From a virus: DNA of 64,000 bases. Both the position numbers and the translations under genes were made by a program. This document shows positions 27,635 through 37,687 of the stretch, in pieces. The notes under the pieces are model-generated. The model had not been told where the DNA came from. It ran no database searches and saw only the letters and a list, made by a program, of their open reading frames with translations. Position 1 is the first letter of the stretch. The number at the start of each line of letters is the position of its first letter. The stretch spans positions 1 through 64,000 of the IMG/VR virus record IMGVR_UViG_3300039008_000175, one strand, 5' to 3'.

Positions 27635-30208
27635 ATGAAGTCACTTCAGTATAGTACTCATAGTCTGAAAGAGCACGCTCCTAAGCGTAAGCTTGTTAAG
27701 ACAGAAGGGGTACTCACGGCGAAGGACTATGAAAAGCGCCTCGATATTCTTGATATAATGCAGTTTGCTCAGGGTCAGGATATCATTGATGGTTCAGCTG
27801 TAGGTAGAGCCCACGAAGCTCTTCTTGGAGCTCTTAAATCCGCTTCTCTTGAGATGAATGAAGACTATGTCTCATATCTTATAGAGAGTGGTGCAGTGAA
27901 CACTGGACCTGATGTGCGCAACACACTGTACAGATCGATATTGAAAACATACACCAACGCCCTGAATAAGGTGAAGATTGGTTGTGAGTATTTCAATACT
28001 TTCGGTCTGAAAGATGACTCTATCGCCGATAATCTTAAATTGAAAGATATCACCAAGAAAGTCAAGAAGTTCTGTCCTGATCTTTTCACTCGGGATACAC
28101 ATGATCTGGATGAAGGAATTGTAAGTTCATTCAGAGCATACAGTGAGCTTCTGTTCTCGAACAAGCTGAATCTTCAGGCTCCTGATGATGTACTCACCTC
28201 TCTGGTGAATGACATTCTCATTCAGGGTGGTAAGGTTAAGCCCGGAACAGAAGCAGGACCTCTTAATGATGATAAGATGAAGCTTCCCATCAGAGTTGTA
28301 ACAGTTCCTGTGAACGATATCGCAGAGCTGACTACTGGCGATAGTCACTTCTTCTCATCTTACTTCGGAGAGTCGATTAAGGGGATGTGTGATGCCAACA
28401 AGTACCTCAGTTCCATGATCGATGCACTCCCCTTGAAGGGAACAACTCCTATCACTGGCGGTGAGTCTCATAGAGCGGGTATCGTTGCTCGTCCTATGAT
28501 CAACCCCAATTATCTGTCTGAGAAGAATGCTACCATGCTGGTAGACTATATCTCGGATAGAGTTCTGAGTACGCATACTCACAGGGAAGAAGATTTCTTC
28601 GATCAGTATATCATGAACCGGGATACATTCCCTGTAACACTCATGATCTACGTACCTGTACCTGCTGAGAATGATGATAACGACAATGAGTTCTTCGTCG
28701 CTCAGATTCTCCATCTCATTGCCCTGGTTGATGAGATCGTTGAAGGTGCTTCAATGTTCAGAGCCAGCAGCGCTAAGTCGTCTGTTCGCTCTCTCAATCC
28801 CAATACCGTTATCAACGAAGTGGATATCATGGAATATCTTCTTCAAGCGGTAATTGGTGAGCTTCGTCATGATGTCAATATGGCAGGCTCTGACCTGAGT
28901 ACAACCGATGCCAACGAGTACGGTAAAGCAAAGATGCTCTTTGAGATTCTTCTCAGTGGCGGTATACCCAGTACTGATAGTAGTAATCCGTATGATGCTG
29001 ATAGATATGGAAATACATTTCAGTCTCGTGCTGATATTATATCCTATCTTGTATCTGGTCTGGGTACCATCATTACAGGCGGCGGCCACAAAGATGCACT
29101 GTATTACCCCAGATCGGTGATTCAGAATCAGTATAAAGGTGGAGGCATTGGTCTCTCCTTTAAGATGAGTCAGCTCTTCGGAGGACTGGCTACTCTGAAT
29201 CTGGCTCTTATGCAGAGTAGGTTCCTTAACCATGAAGGTGAGGATAATGCACCCAGTGAAGTCCCCGGAAGTTTCGTGGATGGTAGCAGTAGAGTGTATA
29301 ACCATGCCAGCTCCAGTGTTGTTCTGAAGGCATTGAACTTCAATCTGTTCAATACAGAGCCCAATGCAGAGAGCTTCCTGAGAGGGAAGATCGTTGAGCA
29401 TTTCCAGTATAACGAGAATCATCACAACCAGTATGGTGTAGATGGTCTCCTTAGGCGTCTCATGCCCAACTCATATTACATGAGGAAAGACGAGTATGAT
29501 ATCAAGTACGATAAGAGAGGAACGCAGTTTGCTTTCGTTCTCTCACTCATTGATATGGTATGTGGCATATCTCCTATATCCACCATTATGTGTGGTAAGG
29601 GACCCAACAATCATCTGGAGCTCTTCGCTGAAAAGGGACGGCTTGATCCTGCGATCATCAGCCCCTTCCAGACAAGAAGAATAGACTCCATGTACACGAA
29701 CAGTGAAGAGACCCAAGCCGTTATCATGTACCTGTACAAGAAGCTCATTGTGAGCAGCGTTGTGTCTATCAACGAACTGGTACATGCCAATAGAAGATCT
29801 ATTGGTGGAATGGAAACTCTTGAGCTGGAGAGTGTAAGAGGGTACTACAAAGAACTCTACAGTGAGTACGAAGCAGAATCCCTTCAGTCTCTCAGAGATG
29901 TGAAGAAGCTCGGCTATTCTCATGAAGAGATCGATGTATGTGCTTTCACATATCACACTCTCATCAACGATGAAGACCGTTGGATGCTGATGAGTCGTAT
30001 CTCCAGAAATGTAGATAGAGCTCAGAAGGTCCTTAGAAGTAATCCTCCTGAAGAGGAGAAGGTTATGATTCAGGACTTCATCGAACACATGCAGGAACTG
30101 CGGGAGAAGACACGCGGTAAGAAGATAGCTAAAGCCTCCGAGGCTCCTCTGGTATCATTTGGTTTTGAAGCCAATGAAGACATCCAGGAGATCTTTGAAA
30201 AGGTCTAA
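27635..30208 (+). CDS. portal protein candidate (857 aa; positional call only)
   Basis: ORF track gives 27584. The ATG at 27635 follows AAGGAGG. Large protein between the capsid candidate and the terminase. Confidence 0.4.
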   Translation: MKSLQYSTHSLKEHAPKRKLVKTEGVLTAKDYEKRLDILDIMQFAQGQDIIDGSAVGRAHEALLGALKSASLEMNEDYVSYLIESGAVNTGPDVRNTLYRSILKTYTNALNKVKIGCEYFNTFGLKDDSIADNLKLKDITKKVKKFCPDLFTRDTHDLDEGIVSSFRAYSELLFSNKLNLQAPDDVLTSLVNDILIQGGKVKPGTEAGPLNDDKMKLPIRVVTVPVNDIAELTTGDSHFFSSYFGESIKGMCDANKYLSSMIDALPLKGTTPITGGESHRAGIVARPMINPNYLSEKNATMLVDYISDRVLSTHTHREEDFFDQYIMNRDTFPVTLMIYVPVPAENDDNDNEFFVAQILHLIALVDEIVEGASMFRASSAKSSVRSLNPNTVINEVDIMEYLLQAVIGELRHDVNMAGSDLSTTDANEYGKAKMLFEILLSGGIPSTDSSNPYDADRYGNTFQSRADIISYLVSGLGTIITGGGHKDALYYPRSVIQNQYKGGGIGLSFKMSQLFGGLATLNLALMQSRFLNHEGEDNAPSEVPGSFVDGSSRVYNHASSSVVLKALNFNLFNTEPNAESFLRGKIVEHFQYNENHHNQYGVDGLLRRLMPNSYYMRKDEYDIKYDKRGTQFAFVLSLIDMVCGISPISTIMCGKGPNNHLELFAEKGRLDPAIISPFQTRRIDSMYTNSEETQAVIMYLYKKLIVSSVVSINELVHANRRSIGGMETLELESVRGYYKELYSEYEAESLQSLRDVKKLGYSHEEIDVCAFTYHTLINDEDRWMLMSRISRNVDRAQKVLRSNPPEEEKVMIQDFIEHMQELREKTRGKKIAKASEAPLVSFGFEANEDIQEIFEKV

Positions 30209-30219
30209 CCTTTAACTGT

Positions 30220-32394
30220 ATGGTTGATACAAAAAGTAGCAGCGCCGAGACATTTGTCTCGGTTGCTGATACTCTCAGGAGTGAAGATAGTAAAATAAAG
30301 AAGATAGACCTAGAAGAGTTATCGCCACAGCTTAAACTATGCGTAAGAGGTGGTAATTATATCCACTATAATACAAAGAATAAAGACTTCATAAAGATGC
30401 ATATGATCCTTAAAGCCAAAGGCATTAAGCGAAATGATTTCTTTATTCGAGTATATGATAAGGGTCTTATCGATATAGATCCGTTTGATCCGAATCTCTC
30501 TAGAGAGATGCAGAAGAGAGTAATCAAAGAATGTCAAGTTAACTTCTTCTATTTCATTAGAGAGTGTGTACGATTCCGTGCACCAGGTCGAAGTATTCCT
30601 TGTCAGCTTAACTTGGGTAACTTATCCTTCTACTATTGCAAGCTCATGTGTCTTGATACGGCTATTGAGTTACCTCGTCAGTTTGGAAAGACAGGTGGTG
30701 AGCTCCTCATAAATATATGGGCTTCTTTCTTCTGTCTGGCTAATACTGAGTTGGGCATGTGTAACAAAGCAGAAGGTAACCTTTCTAAAGACCTGAGTGA
30801 CATGAAAGCAATCATCAGAGAGCTTCCCGCGTACCTCAAGGTGTATGACCCTGAGAATGCGAATACTGGTACTAACAACACCAGAGAGATATTTATCAAA
30901 TCCAAGAATGTGAGAATCCGCACATTTGTATCTGGATCATCAGATGCATCTGCGGATGCCAAAGGTCGTGGATTTAGTATCCCGTTCACAACGATGGACG
31001 AGGCACCCTTTATTCCACACTTTAAAGCATTCTACCTAGGCTTCCGTCCTGCCATGAGTAGACAAGTTGAGCTTGCAAAAGCAAACCGTGTAATCTATGG
31101 TTGTACACTGTCGACTACATCTGGAACTCTACTTGATCCAGACCAGGCTTTCTTCAAGCAGAAGATCCTTGATAGTGCTGCTAGATTTATTCCTAACGTA
31201 TTTAACTTTGATACCCGTAGAAAGGTGCTGGAGTATATGGCCAGGAACGCTAGTGGTGTGAAAGAAGGAGAAGATGTGAACGTATATATGTATATACGGT
31301 ACAACTATCGCGAGCTCGGTAAAGGTGAAGAGTACTTCGCTAAGATGTGTAGTGAGCTTCAGCATGACGAAGACAACATCAACAAAGACGTCCTTTTAAG
31401 ATGGGTTGACTATTCTAAGTCATCTCCCTATCGTAGAGACCATATTGAAAGATTGGATAACTACGAGAAGGATCCTCTATACACAATCATGCTTGATGAG
31501 TTTTATCCACTTGATTTCTATACCACTGTGTCTGACTTTGACTTCACATATGTACTTAGCGTGGACGTTTCAGCTGGTAAAGGTGGTGAAGGTGACTCAT
31601 CTGCTATAATGATTCATGACCCCAGAACACTTGAGGTTGTGGCATTGTATAAATCAAATATAATCGATATCCCCCAGCTTACATTCCTTGTGAGAGAGAT
31701 TGCAACCAAGATATTCACAGGATGTGTAGTTGTAATCGAAGTCAACGGGGTAGGTCACGGTATAGTACAGTCACTTGCATATGATGATGCAATCGCCCCC
31801 AGACTCTATCATGAGAAGATGGATACAAAGAAGAATACCCCGAAACAACATAAAGATCTGAGGTCTACGGACTTTGGGTTCTTATCCACCACAAAGGGGG
31901 GTAAAATGCAGATCATGTATAGAGATATCGTCGCCGATGCTATCGCTAATGATTATACATTACTCAGAGACCACACGCTTATTGAGCAGATTGGTGGACT
32001 TGAGAAAGATGTTAAAACAGGGAAGATTAAAGCAGCTGCTGGTAAGCATAAGGACATCGTATCTGCGTTCGTTATTGGACGCTATGCTATACTATTCTCT
32101 CCCACTATTCACAATTGGATTAATCCCAAGCACATCAGATCAGTTGTACTTGATTCAGGTACAATCATTGAGAGTGCTGAGAAGGTACAAGAGAAACTTA
32201 ATGATACAGCTAAGAAGAGTATTCTAAAAGGTCTAAGTGGAAACAATCCCCAAGAACGAACCAAAGTACGGAATAATCTTTTTGCTATACGATCCGAGAC
32301 AAACGATAACAAGTCACGTATTGATATGCGTGGATATATGAAGCGTACCCATAGACAACATGCTTCTAGTGGTATAGGTCATATGTTAAGATAA
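30220..32394 (+). CDS. terL: terminase large subunit
   Basis: Walker A-like ELPRQFGKTGGE and Walker B/catalytic TTMDEAPF. C-terminal nuclease-domain start LSVDVSAGKGGEGDSSAIMIHD. Size is typical of TerL. Confidence 0.85.
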   Translation: MVDTKSSSAETFVSVADTLRSEDSKIKKIDLEELSPQLKLCVRGGNYIHYNTKNKDFIKMHMILKAKGIKRNDFFIRVYDKGLIDIDPFDPNLSREMQKRVIKECQVNFFYFIRECVRFRAPGRSIPCQLNLGNLSFYYCKLMCLDTAIELPRQFGKTGGELLINIWASFFCLANTELGMCNKAEGNLSKDLSDMKAIIRELPAYLKVYDPENANTGTNNTREIFIKSKNVRIRTFVSGSSDASADAKGRGFSIPFTTMDEAPFIPHFKAFYLGFRPAMSRQVELAKANRVIYGCTLSTTSGTLLDPDQAFFKQKILDSAARFIPNVFNFDTRRKVLEYMARNASGVKEGEDVNVYMYIRYNYRELGKGEEYFAKMCSELQHDEDNINKDVLLRWVDYSKSSPYRRDHIERLDNYEKDPLYTIMLDEFYPLDFYTTVSDFDFTYVLSVDVSAGKGGEGDSSAIMIHDPRTLEVVALYKSNIIDIPQLTFLVREIATKIFTGCVVVIEVNGVGHGIVQSLAYDDAIAPRLYHEKMDTKKNTPKQHKDLRSTDFGFLSTTKGGKMQIMYRDIVADAIANDYTLLRDHTLIEQIGGLEKDVKTGKIKAAAGKHKDIVSAFVIGRYAILFSPTIHNWINPKHIRSVVLDSGTIIESAEKVQEKLNDTAKKSILKGLSGNNPQERTKVRNNLFAIRSETNDNKSRIDMRGYMKRTHRQHASSGIGHMLR

Positions 32395-32402
32395 ACTTAA
32401 AT

Positions 32403-32430
32403 AAGCCGGGCGATAGTGCCCGGCTTTTAT
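32403..32430 (+). terminator. intrinsic terminator after terL
   Basis: aagccggg-cgatagtg-cccggctt followed by TTAT. Confidence 0.7.
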
Positions 32431-32518
32431 ATTCATCTACTATATTTAATTATATATTATTCATGTGCTATATAGTTATTGTAAGTTTGATAATATAAAT
32501 TCAAATAGCATATACTAT

Positions 32519-32538
32519 TATATATTAATAATGCGATA
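32519..32538 (+). promoter_or_regulatory. class-1 promoter-like motif TATATATTAATA-at-GCGATA
   Basis: Intergenic region after the terL terminator, upstream of the uORF and the gene at 32612. A weaker copy (TATATATTATTC) lies at 32451-32462. Confidence 0.45.
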
Positions 32539-32611
32539 TACTACTATTAAAACTCTGGAGGTATTATGAAAAAATTTACTGTACAATTTGAAAAACTGAG
32601 GAGGGAATAAA

Positions 32612-34306
32612 TTGGATTATGGTAAAAACAAAATACCAGATGACGGACCACGTCAGATCAGTCCAATGAATCCGACTCGTCAGGAATATGGAAAAGACCG
32701 TATCCCTGAGTTTGCTGAACATGTCGTTCCGTCTATGATGCCGCCGGGAGTAGCCGATGAAGGTGACCTATATGCCTTCGGTAATGGTGGCTTCAACTTC
32801 GATGATATTGATTTCGATAACATCGATGATCTGTATGAAGATGGAATCATTGAGGATAGTAATACGGTGCAGCGTGAGCTGGCGTATCAGAATATGGAAT
32901 CTGCCTTGAACTCCTATAAGGCAAGAGAGGTTCATAATCTCAACATCGATACGATGGCTAAGTTGACTGAACAGATTGTCAAGATACTGGCTATGCACGG
33001 TGTTCCATATGGTGAAGCTGAAGAAGAGATCACGACACTGATGACTGATCTGTATACAGCTTATATCCTCGAGTCGAGTCACGTAGGTCCTGAATCGAAT
33101 ATGGGCCAGGTCGGTGTATCTTTTCTGACACAGATGCTGGAGACATCGACATATTGTGACAACCCTCTTGGTCAGTTGTTGGCTAATAACTACAAGCTGA
33201 GAGTTGATCTCATGAACATGTATAGTGGTGAGATCAGGCAGAAAGCAAATCGCTTGACGCTTGAACTACCCGACAAGTTCAGAATCAGTGTGGCTAATAC
33301 AAAAGTTGGTCAGGTCATCAATGATTATGATTTGGATCATCTTATTCCCGGAGCAGTTCGGAATAACAATATCAACCTTCTTGTAGGTGAGTCGCCTGCA
33401 AACGATCCTACACTTGGAGCCAAGATCAGGAGCCAGGTACTAGGAACGTACTTCGGAGTATCCTCTAGTGGGATGCCTACATTCGGAAGGAATGGAAGTA
33501 TGGTTGACTCGTTCTTTCAGAGACTGTTAAGTCCTGAAACATCTGCAATAAACAGAAATCTCTCAGACGTGGCAAGTATGATCACGCAAGGAGTAGCGAT
33601 GAGTAGACATCAGAATAATGGTGGATTCTTACCACCCGTTCCACAGCGTGGAATGAACCCTGGTAATCCCCAGGGTGGACAGTTGCCTATGGTTGGGCAG
33701 CAGCAAATGCCTATGAATGCGCCCAGGCCTGGACGAGACTTTCATAGTGTCGTTGGAGCTGGTGGAGTATACATGGAAGAGGCATCTTTTGACATCTCCA
33801 AAGAAGGAGTGCAGGTCCATTACAATCATATGGGCATGACTCCTGACGGACGGGTTACTGGTGGCGCCATGAAGTTTGGTGCAGGTCAGCAGGCCGTAGC
33901 TGGAGCTCAGCAGATGCTTGGTATGCAGGGGCAGCCGATGCTTCCGCCTCAGGGTGGAGAACAGCGGCATACCCGTGCTTTAACAGTCGATGAAATCCGC
34001 GAACGTAACAGTGGATTCTACGACGATGAGGACGACCGGGCTAACTCTGGAATTGTTTTCGAGACATCCGAGTTTGATACCCAGTCTAATAAATTTGAAG
34101 CCTTCGATGATGAGGATGACCTGTGGGTAGGAACGCCCTTGGATGAACCGGAGAAGGATAAAGTATCTGAAAGGGCCTCAGCTGAGCCTAAGATCAGCGT
34201 ATCTAACGAGAAGGAAGCGATCGAACCGACTCGTGGCGAAGAGAAAGGAAAAATCAACAAGAACGATAGTGATATCGTAGATGCTGATTTCTCTGTCGTC
34301 GAATAA
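32612..34306 (+). CDS. hypothetical protein with Q/G/P/M low-complexity segments and acidic C-terminus (564 aa)
   Basis: TTG start 7 nt after GGAGG. Segments QNNGGFLPPVPQRGMNPGNPQGGQLPMVGQQQMPMNAPRPG and GAGQQAVAGAQQMLGMQGQPMLPPQGGEQ. Confidence 0.65.
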   Translation: MDYGKNKIPDDGPRQISPMNPTRQEYGKDRIPEFAEHVVPSMMPPGVADEGDLYAFGNGGFNFDDIDFDNIDDLYEDGIIEDSNTVQRELAYQNMESALNSYKAREVHNLNIDTMAKLTEQIVKILAMHGVPYGEAEEEITTLMTDLYTAYILESSHVGPESNMGQVGVSFLTQMLETSTYCDNPLGQLLANNYKLRVDLMNMYSGEIRQKANRLTLELPDKFRISVANTKVGQVINDYDLDHLIPGAVRNNNINLLVGESPANDPTLGAKIRSQVLGTYFGVSSSGMPTFGRNGSMVDSFFQRLLSPETSAINRNLSDVASMITQGVAMSRHQNNGGFLPPVPQRGMNPGNPQGGQLPMVGQQQMPMNAPRPGRDFHSVVGAGGVYMEEASFDISKEGVQVHYNHMGMTPDGRVTGGAMKFGAGQQAVAGAQQMLGMQGQPMLPPQGGEQRHTRALTVDEIRERNSGFYDDEDDRANSGIVFETSEFDTQSNKFEAFDDEDDLWVGTPLDEPEKDKVSERASAEPKISVSNEKEAIEPTRGEEKGKINKNDSDIVDADFSVVE

Positions 34307-34359
34307 GTTTCTTTTATATGCCATATATCATTTAGAATTATTTAACAGGAGAATCATTA

Positions 34360-35772
34360 ATGAATTCATTGAACGCAACCCTATCATCCAACGCCTCCGT
34401 AGCCGTAGTCGGTCTGGGAGGAATGCCCGGAAAAGTAAGTGCTCATCTCATCAACGAAAAAGCCGATGACCTGATCACCCCCATCGTAGCCCTGACCTAT
34501 GCATTCGACGTCGCCAAAGACGCCACCATCCTCCGCAGAGACGGAAGCACCGGTCCCTTCAATCCCAAGGACCAGAATCCCTCCCATTACGTGGGAGACA
34601 TCCTCACCACTCCCGGTATCATGGAGCTGGTAAAAGGCCGTGTGCAGGAGCACATGAAGATGATCGGAACTGAAGTCGCTCCCGACCTGGTGGCGGTTAT
34701 CCCCACTGCGAAGCTGACCTACTTCGATTCCGAGGGTAAGAAGAGAGGTATCACTACCTGTCCCGACATCCACTTCATCTCCAGAAACCCCATCGTGGAT
34801 ACCTACCTCCAGATCAACGATCGCGGAGTCCCCGGTATTCCCATGGATCCCAACGCCATCTTCGGCAACTGTCAGCAGATCGCCCAGGCCATGCCCAGCA
34901 TCCTGAGCAAGAACATCTCCGGTAAGTCCTTCTTCCGGGCCCTGATGCACTTCTATGGTGCGAACACCGCAGAGTTCGTGACCCGCTGTCACAACAACCT
35001 CTTCGATATGTTCGAAGCCATCGGTGCCATCAACGAGCTGGTTGCCCACGAAGATTCCGGATTCTCTACTCTTCGGAGTAAGGTCATCCGGGATGAATCA
35101 GGTAACCTGAAGCGGAAGGCCGGTACCACCAAGGTGCCCCGGTTCTTCCTGCATGAGCTCATGCGTCCCACCGACATGAGAGTCGTGAATATCATGGAAC
35201 GTGATCAGGGTCTGAGAACCATGGTCACCAACAATGAGATTCCCCACGGCATGGGTAAGACCACCTTCTCCACTCCCTTCCCCGATGACGATGTCATGGA
35301 CGTGATGGGCGGATACTCCACCACTGCTCTGGTCGGTAACGACTGGAGAGAGGAGAGAGTCGCTCACCTCGAACTGCATCAGGTTCAGCAGCAGGCCGCT
35401 GCCGCTGCCGCATACGGTGCCGGTAGTAGAGCTCGCGGTGCTTCCGCAGCTGCCGGAAGACGTGGAAGACGTGGCGCCGCCGCTCAGCAGGAGCAGCCCG
35501 TAGCAACCGCCCCCAGAGGTGCTGTACAGCAGCAGGCAGCAGCTCCCGCTCCCACCGCTATGAGAGGCGCTCCCCAGCAGGGACAGCAGGCCGCTCCCGC
35601 CGGTGGTGGTAGAAGAGGAAGGGGTCGCCGTAACGCTCCCCAGCAGCAGCAGGCCAACGTACGTGGCGCCGCTGTACCCGCAGTCGTAGATGTGATCGAG
35701 TTCGAGTCCGTCGGACAGGTCTCCTACGTCAGCTATCCCCGTCTGGGTAGAACCGCTCCCCGTGTAGACTGA
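34360..35772 (+). CDS. abundant-looking protein with RGG/Q/A-rich C-terminal tail (470 aa)
   Basis: C-ending codon bias, CAGGAG RBS and a strong terminator. Tail reads QQQAAAAAAYGAGSRARGASAAAGRRGRRGAAAQQEQ...GGGRRGRGRRNAPQQQQANVRG. Confidence 0.7.
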   Translation: MNSLNATLSSNASVAVVGLGGMPGKVSAHLINEKADDLITPIVALTYAFDVAKDATILRRDGSTGPFNPKDQNPSHYVGDILTTPGIMELVKGRVQEHMKMIGTEVAPDLVAVIPTAKLTYFDSEGKKRGITTCPDIHFISRNPIVDTYLQINDRGVPGIPMDPNAIFGNCQQIAQAMPSILSKNISGKSFFRALMHFYGANTAEFVTRCHNNLFDMFEAIGAINELVAHEDSGFSTLRSKVIRDESGNLKRKAGTTKVPRFFLHELMRPTDMRVVNIMERDQGLRTMVTNNEIPHGMGKTTFSTPFPDDDVMDVMGGYSTTALVGNDWREERVAHLELHQVQQQAAAAAAYGAGSRARGASAAAGRRGRRGAAAQQEQPVATAPRGAVQQQAAAPAPTAMRGAPQQGQQAAPAGGGRRGRGRRNAPQQQQANVRGAAVPAVVDVIEFESVGQVSYVSYPRLGRTAPRVD

Positions 35773-35807
35773 GGAGTAGTAGTTACTCAGTAACCTGTTA
35801 CAATTAT

Positions 35808-35839
35808 GAGAGGACCCCTTAATGGGGGTCCTCTCTTTT
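35808..35839 (+). terminator. intrinsic terminator
   Basis: gagaggacccc-ttaatg-ggggtcctctc followed by TTTT. Confidence 0.8.
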
Positions 35840-35871
35840 GTATCTATAACAATATTTTTTAAGGATTGAAA

Positions 35872-36519
35872 ATGCACTACTTTATTATACGAGCTAAAGC
35901 AAATCAGACCAAGATAAGTACCAGCGTAGTTTTCAAAGCTAAAGTAAGAATAGAAGATATTGTCGTAGATACAGATGACTATATCTTAAAAGATAAGACC
36001 CATAGAATGGTAGAAGATGAGAAAGGCTTTGAAGTGTATCTCATCTCAACTACTACCGGGGTATACTTCCTATCATCAAAAGGATCTTATATAGTGGGAA
36101 TGCCTCCTATGTTTAAAGACGAGTCTCACCCGCTATTGCATATGCTGTACATGTTCTGTCATAGGAACTATCAATTGATCGTATCTACTTCAACTAATTC
36201 TCATAATGATCTGTATCGTAAGCTTACAAGATTGTATCGTAAATACCTCAATGCAGATTACACATACTATGTGCCTTGTATGGCTAGGTTTGGATCACTA
36301 CTTGAGCTGGAGAGACCCAATGGTGATACACTGGTGATAGGTCAGATACATGGAGTAGAGTATACTCTTGAGAATATAAGATTGGTGTATGATGATGTAT
36401 GTAGTAAGTACGTAGCCAATCATCGAGGTAATTATGAAAGGATCATAATGCCATTTGCCAGAACCATACTTACTGGTGTAAATAAGATAAATAAGAAACT
36501 GAGAGGGGTAAAGAAATGA
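35872..36519 (+). CDS. hypothetical protein (215 aa)
   Basis: ORF track gives 35866 (TTG). The ATG at 35872 is 6 nt after AAGGA. Confidence 0.6.
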   Translation: MHYFIIRAKANQTKISTSVVFKAKVRIEDIVVDTDDYILKDKTHRMVEDEKGFEVYLISTTTGVYFLSSKGSYIVGMPPMFKDESHPLLHMLYMFCHRNYQLIVSTSTNSHNDLYRKLTRLYRKYLNADYTYYVPCMARFGSLLELERPNGDTLVIGQIHGVEYTLENIRLVYDDVCSKYVANHRGNYERIIMPFARTILTGVNKINKKLRGVKK

Positions 36520-37685
36520 GTGATCTAGAACGTGACTTTGAACGTGATACTATCCTAGAAAGAACTATGCCAGTAAGTGTTGCACGGCGGATGCTCTTTA
36601 GCTATAGTGAACTGAATAATCTTCTGAATAAAGAGAGTGGGATCTTTGCTAAGATGAGACTCACTGGAAATATCATCAATGTTATGATCGATGTAGATCC
36701 GATCATTAGAGTATGTTGCTCTGATAAATATGCACAAGAATACATCCTACTGGGAGATAAAGACAAAGATCTCCCGATTATATATGCTATCATGAAAGTG
36801 GTTGCACACTATAAAAGGTATCTAAGTAAACAGAATCTACAGAGCAGAGTATTCTGCTATCACTCCATCAATCCTTCTCCTTATGCAGAAGAGGTCATGG
36901 GTAGACCCGTAGGTAATCTCAGAGTATTCAATTTCAAGAATACACCATACTATATGGAATCAATCGAAAAGGATATGTATAAAGCACTTTCCAAGTTTGA
37001 GACCATATGTCAGCATACAGTAGGTGTATATTCTCTGAATACCCATAAAATCTTCCAAGCATCAATGCCTCACATGATGCTAAATGCCCAAGAAAACAAC
37101 TCTAACCTATCAGTTGGAGGAACTATCATCATATCCAGTGATATTATGAGTTATCAATATGCTTCTGATGAATATGATGCTTATCATAAGAACGTAGTGA
37201 CTCTGATGCCCAGAGGTAGAATTGTTCTCGATCCGAAGAAGATTGTTGAAACCTATATTGAGAAGTTTGCGAAGACGGCTCTTCCGTTCGTGAAGCCTCA
37301 TTCAGATATACTCAATCCTTACCTCAGAGAGATCATGGCTATATTGGGTAATACTCAGTATGGTATGCTCTCATGTAATAGAGGTAAGTATGAAAGACTC
37401 TTTAATTTCATCGTGGATGATGTTGCTATTCCTATGGTTGAAGATCCAAGTGCAACTATATGTGACTTTATTAAAACGGATGAAAGAAAAGAGCAGTTCA
37501 TGAAGAATATTCAGCTCTGTAACGCTCCTCTTATGGCAACCAAGTGTACTGCCGAAGACAGAGCATTACTCAACTCTCAGTTAGCCGACTATACCAATGT
37601 AGACGTACTGGGTGAGCTTACTCTTCTCTTTGATCGTCATTTCGAATCTACTGCTTTTGTAGTAGGTAACTTCCTAAGGAGTTAA
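36516..37685 (+). CDS. hypothetical protein (389 aa)
   Basis: ATGA start/stop overlap with the previous gene. Confidence 0.65.
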   Translation: MSDLERDFERDTILERTMPVSVARRMLFSYSELNNLLNKESGIFAKMRLTGNIINVMIDVDPIIRVCCSDKYAQEYILLGDKDKDLPIIYAIMKVVAHYKRYLSKQNLQSRVFCYHSINPSPYAEEVMGRPVGNLRVFNFKNTPYYMESIEKDMYKALSKFETICQHTVGVYSLNTHKIFQASMPHMMLNAQENNSNLSVGGTIIISSDIMSYQYASDEYDAYHKNVVTLMPRGRIVLDPKKIVETYIEKFAKTALPFVKPHSDILNPYLREIMAILGNTQYGMLSCNRGKYERLFNFIVDDVAIPMVEDPSATICDFIKTDERKEQFMKNIQLCNAPLMATKCTAEDRALLNSQLADYTNVDVLGELTLLFDRHFESTAFVVGNFLRS

Positions 37686-37687
37686 TC

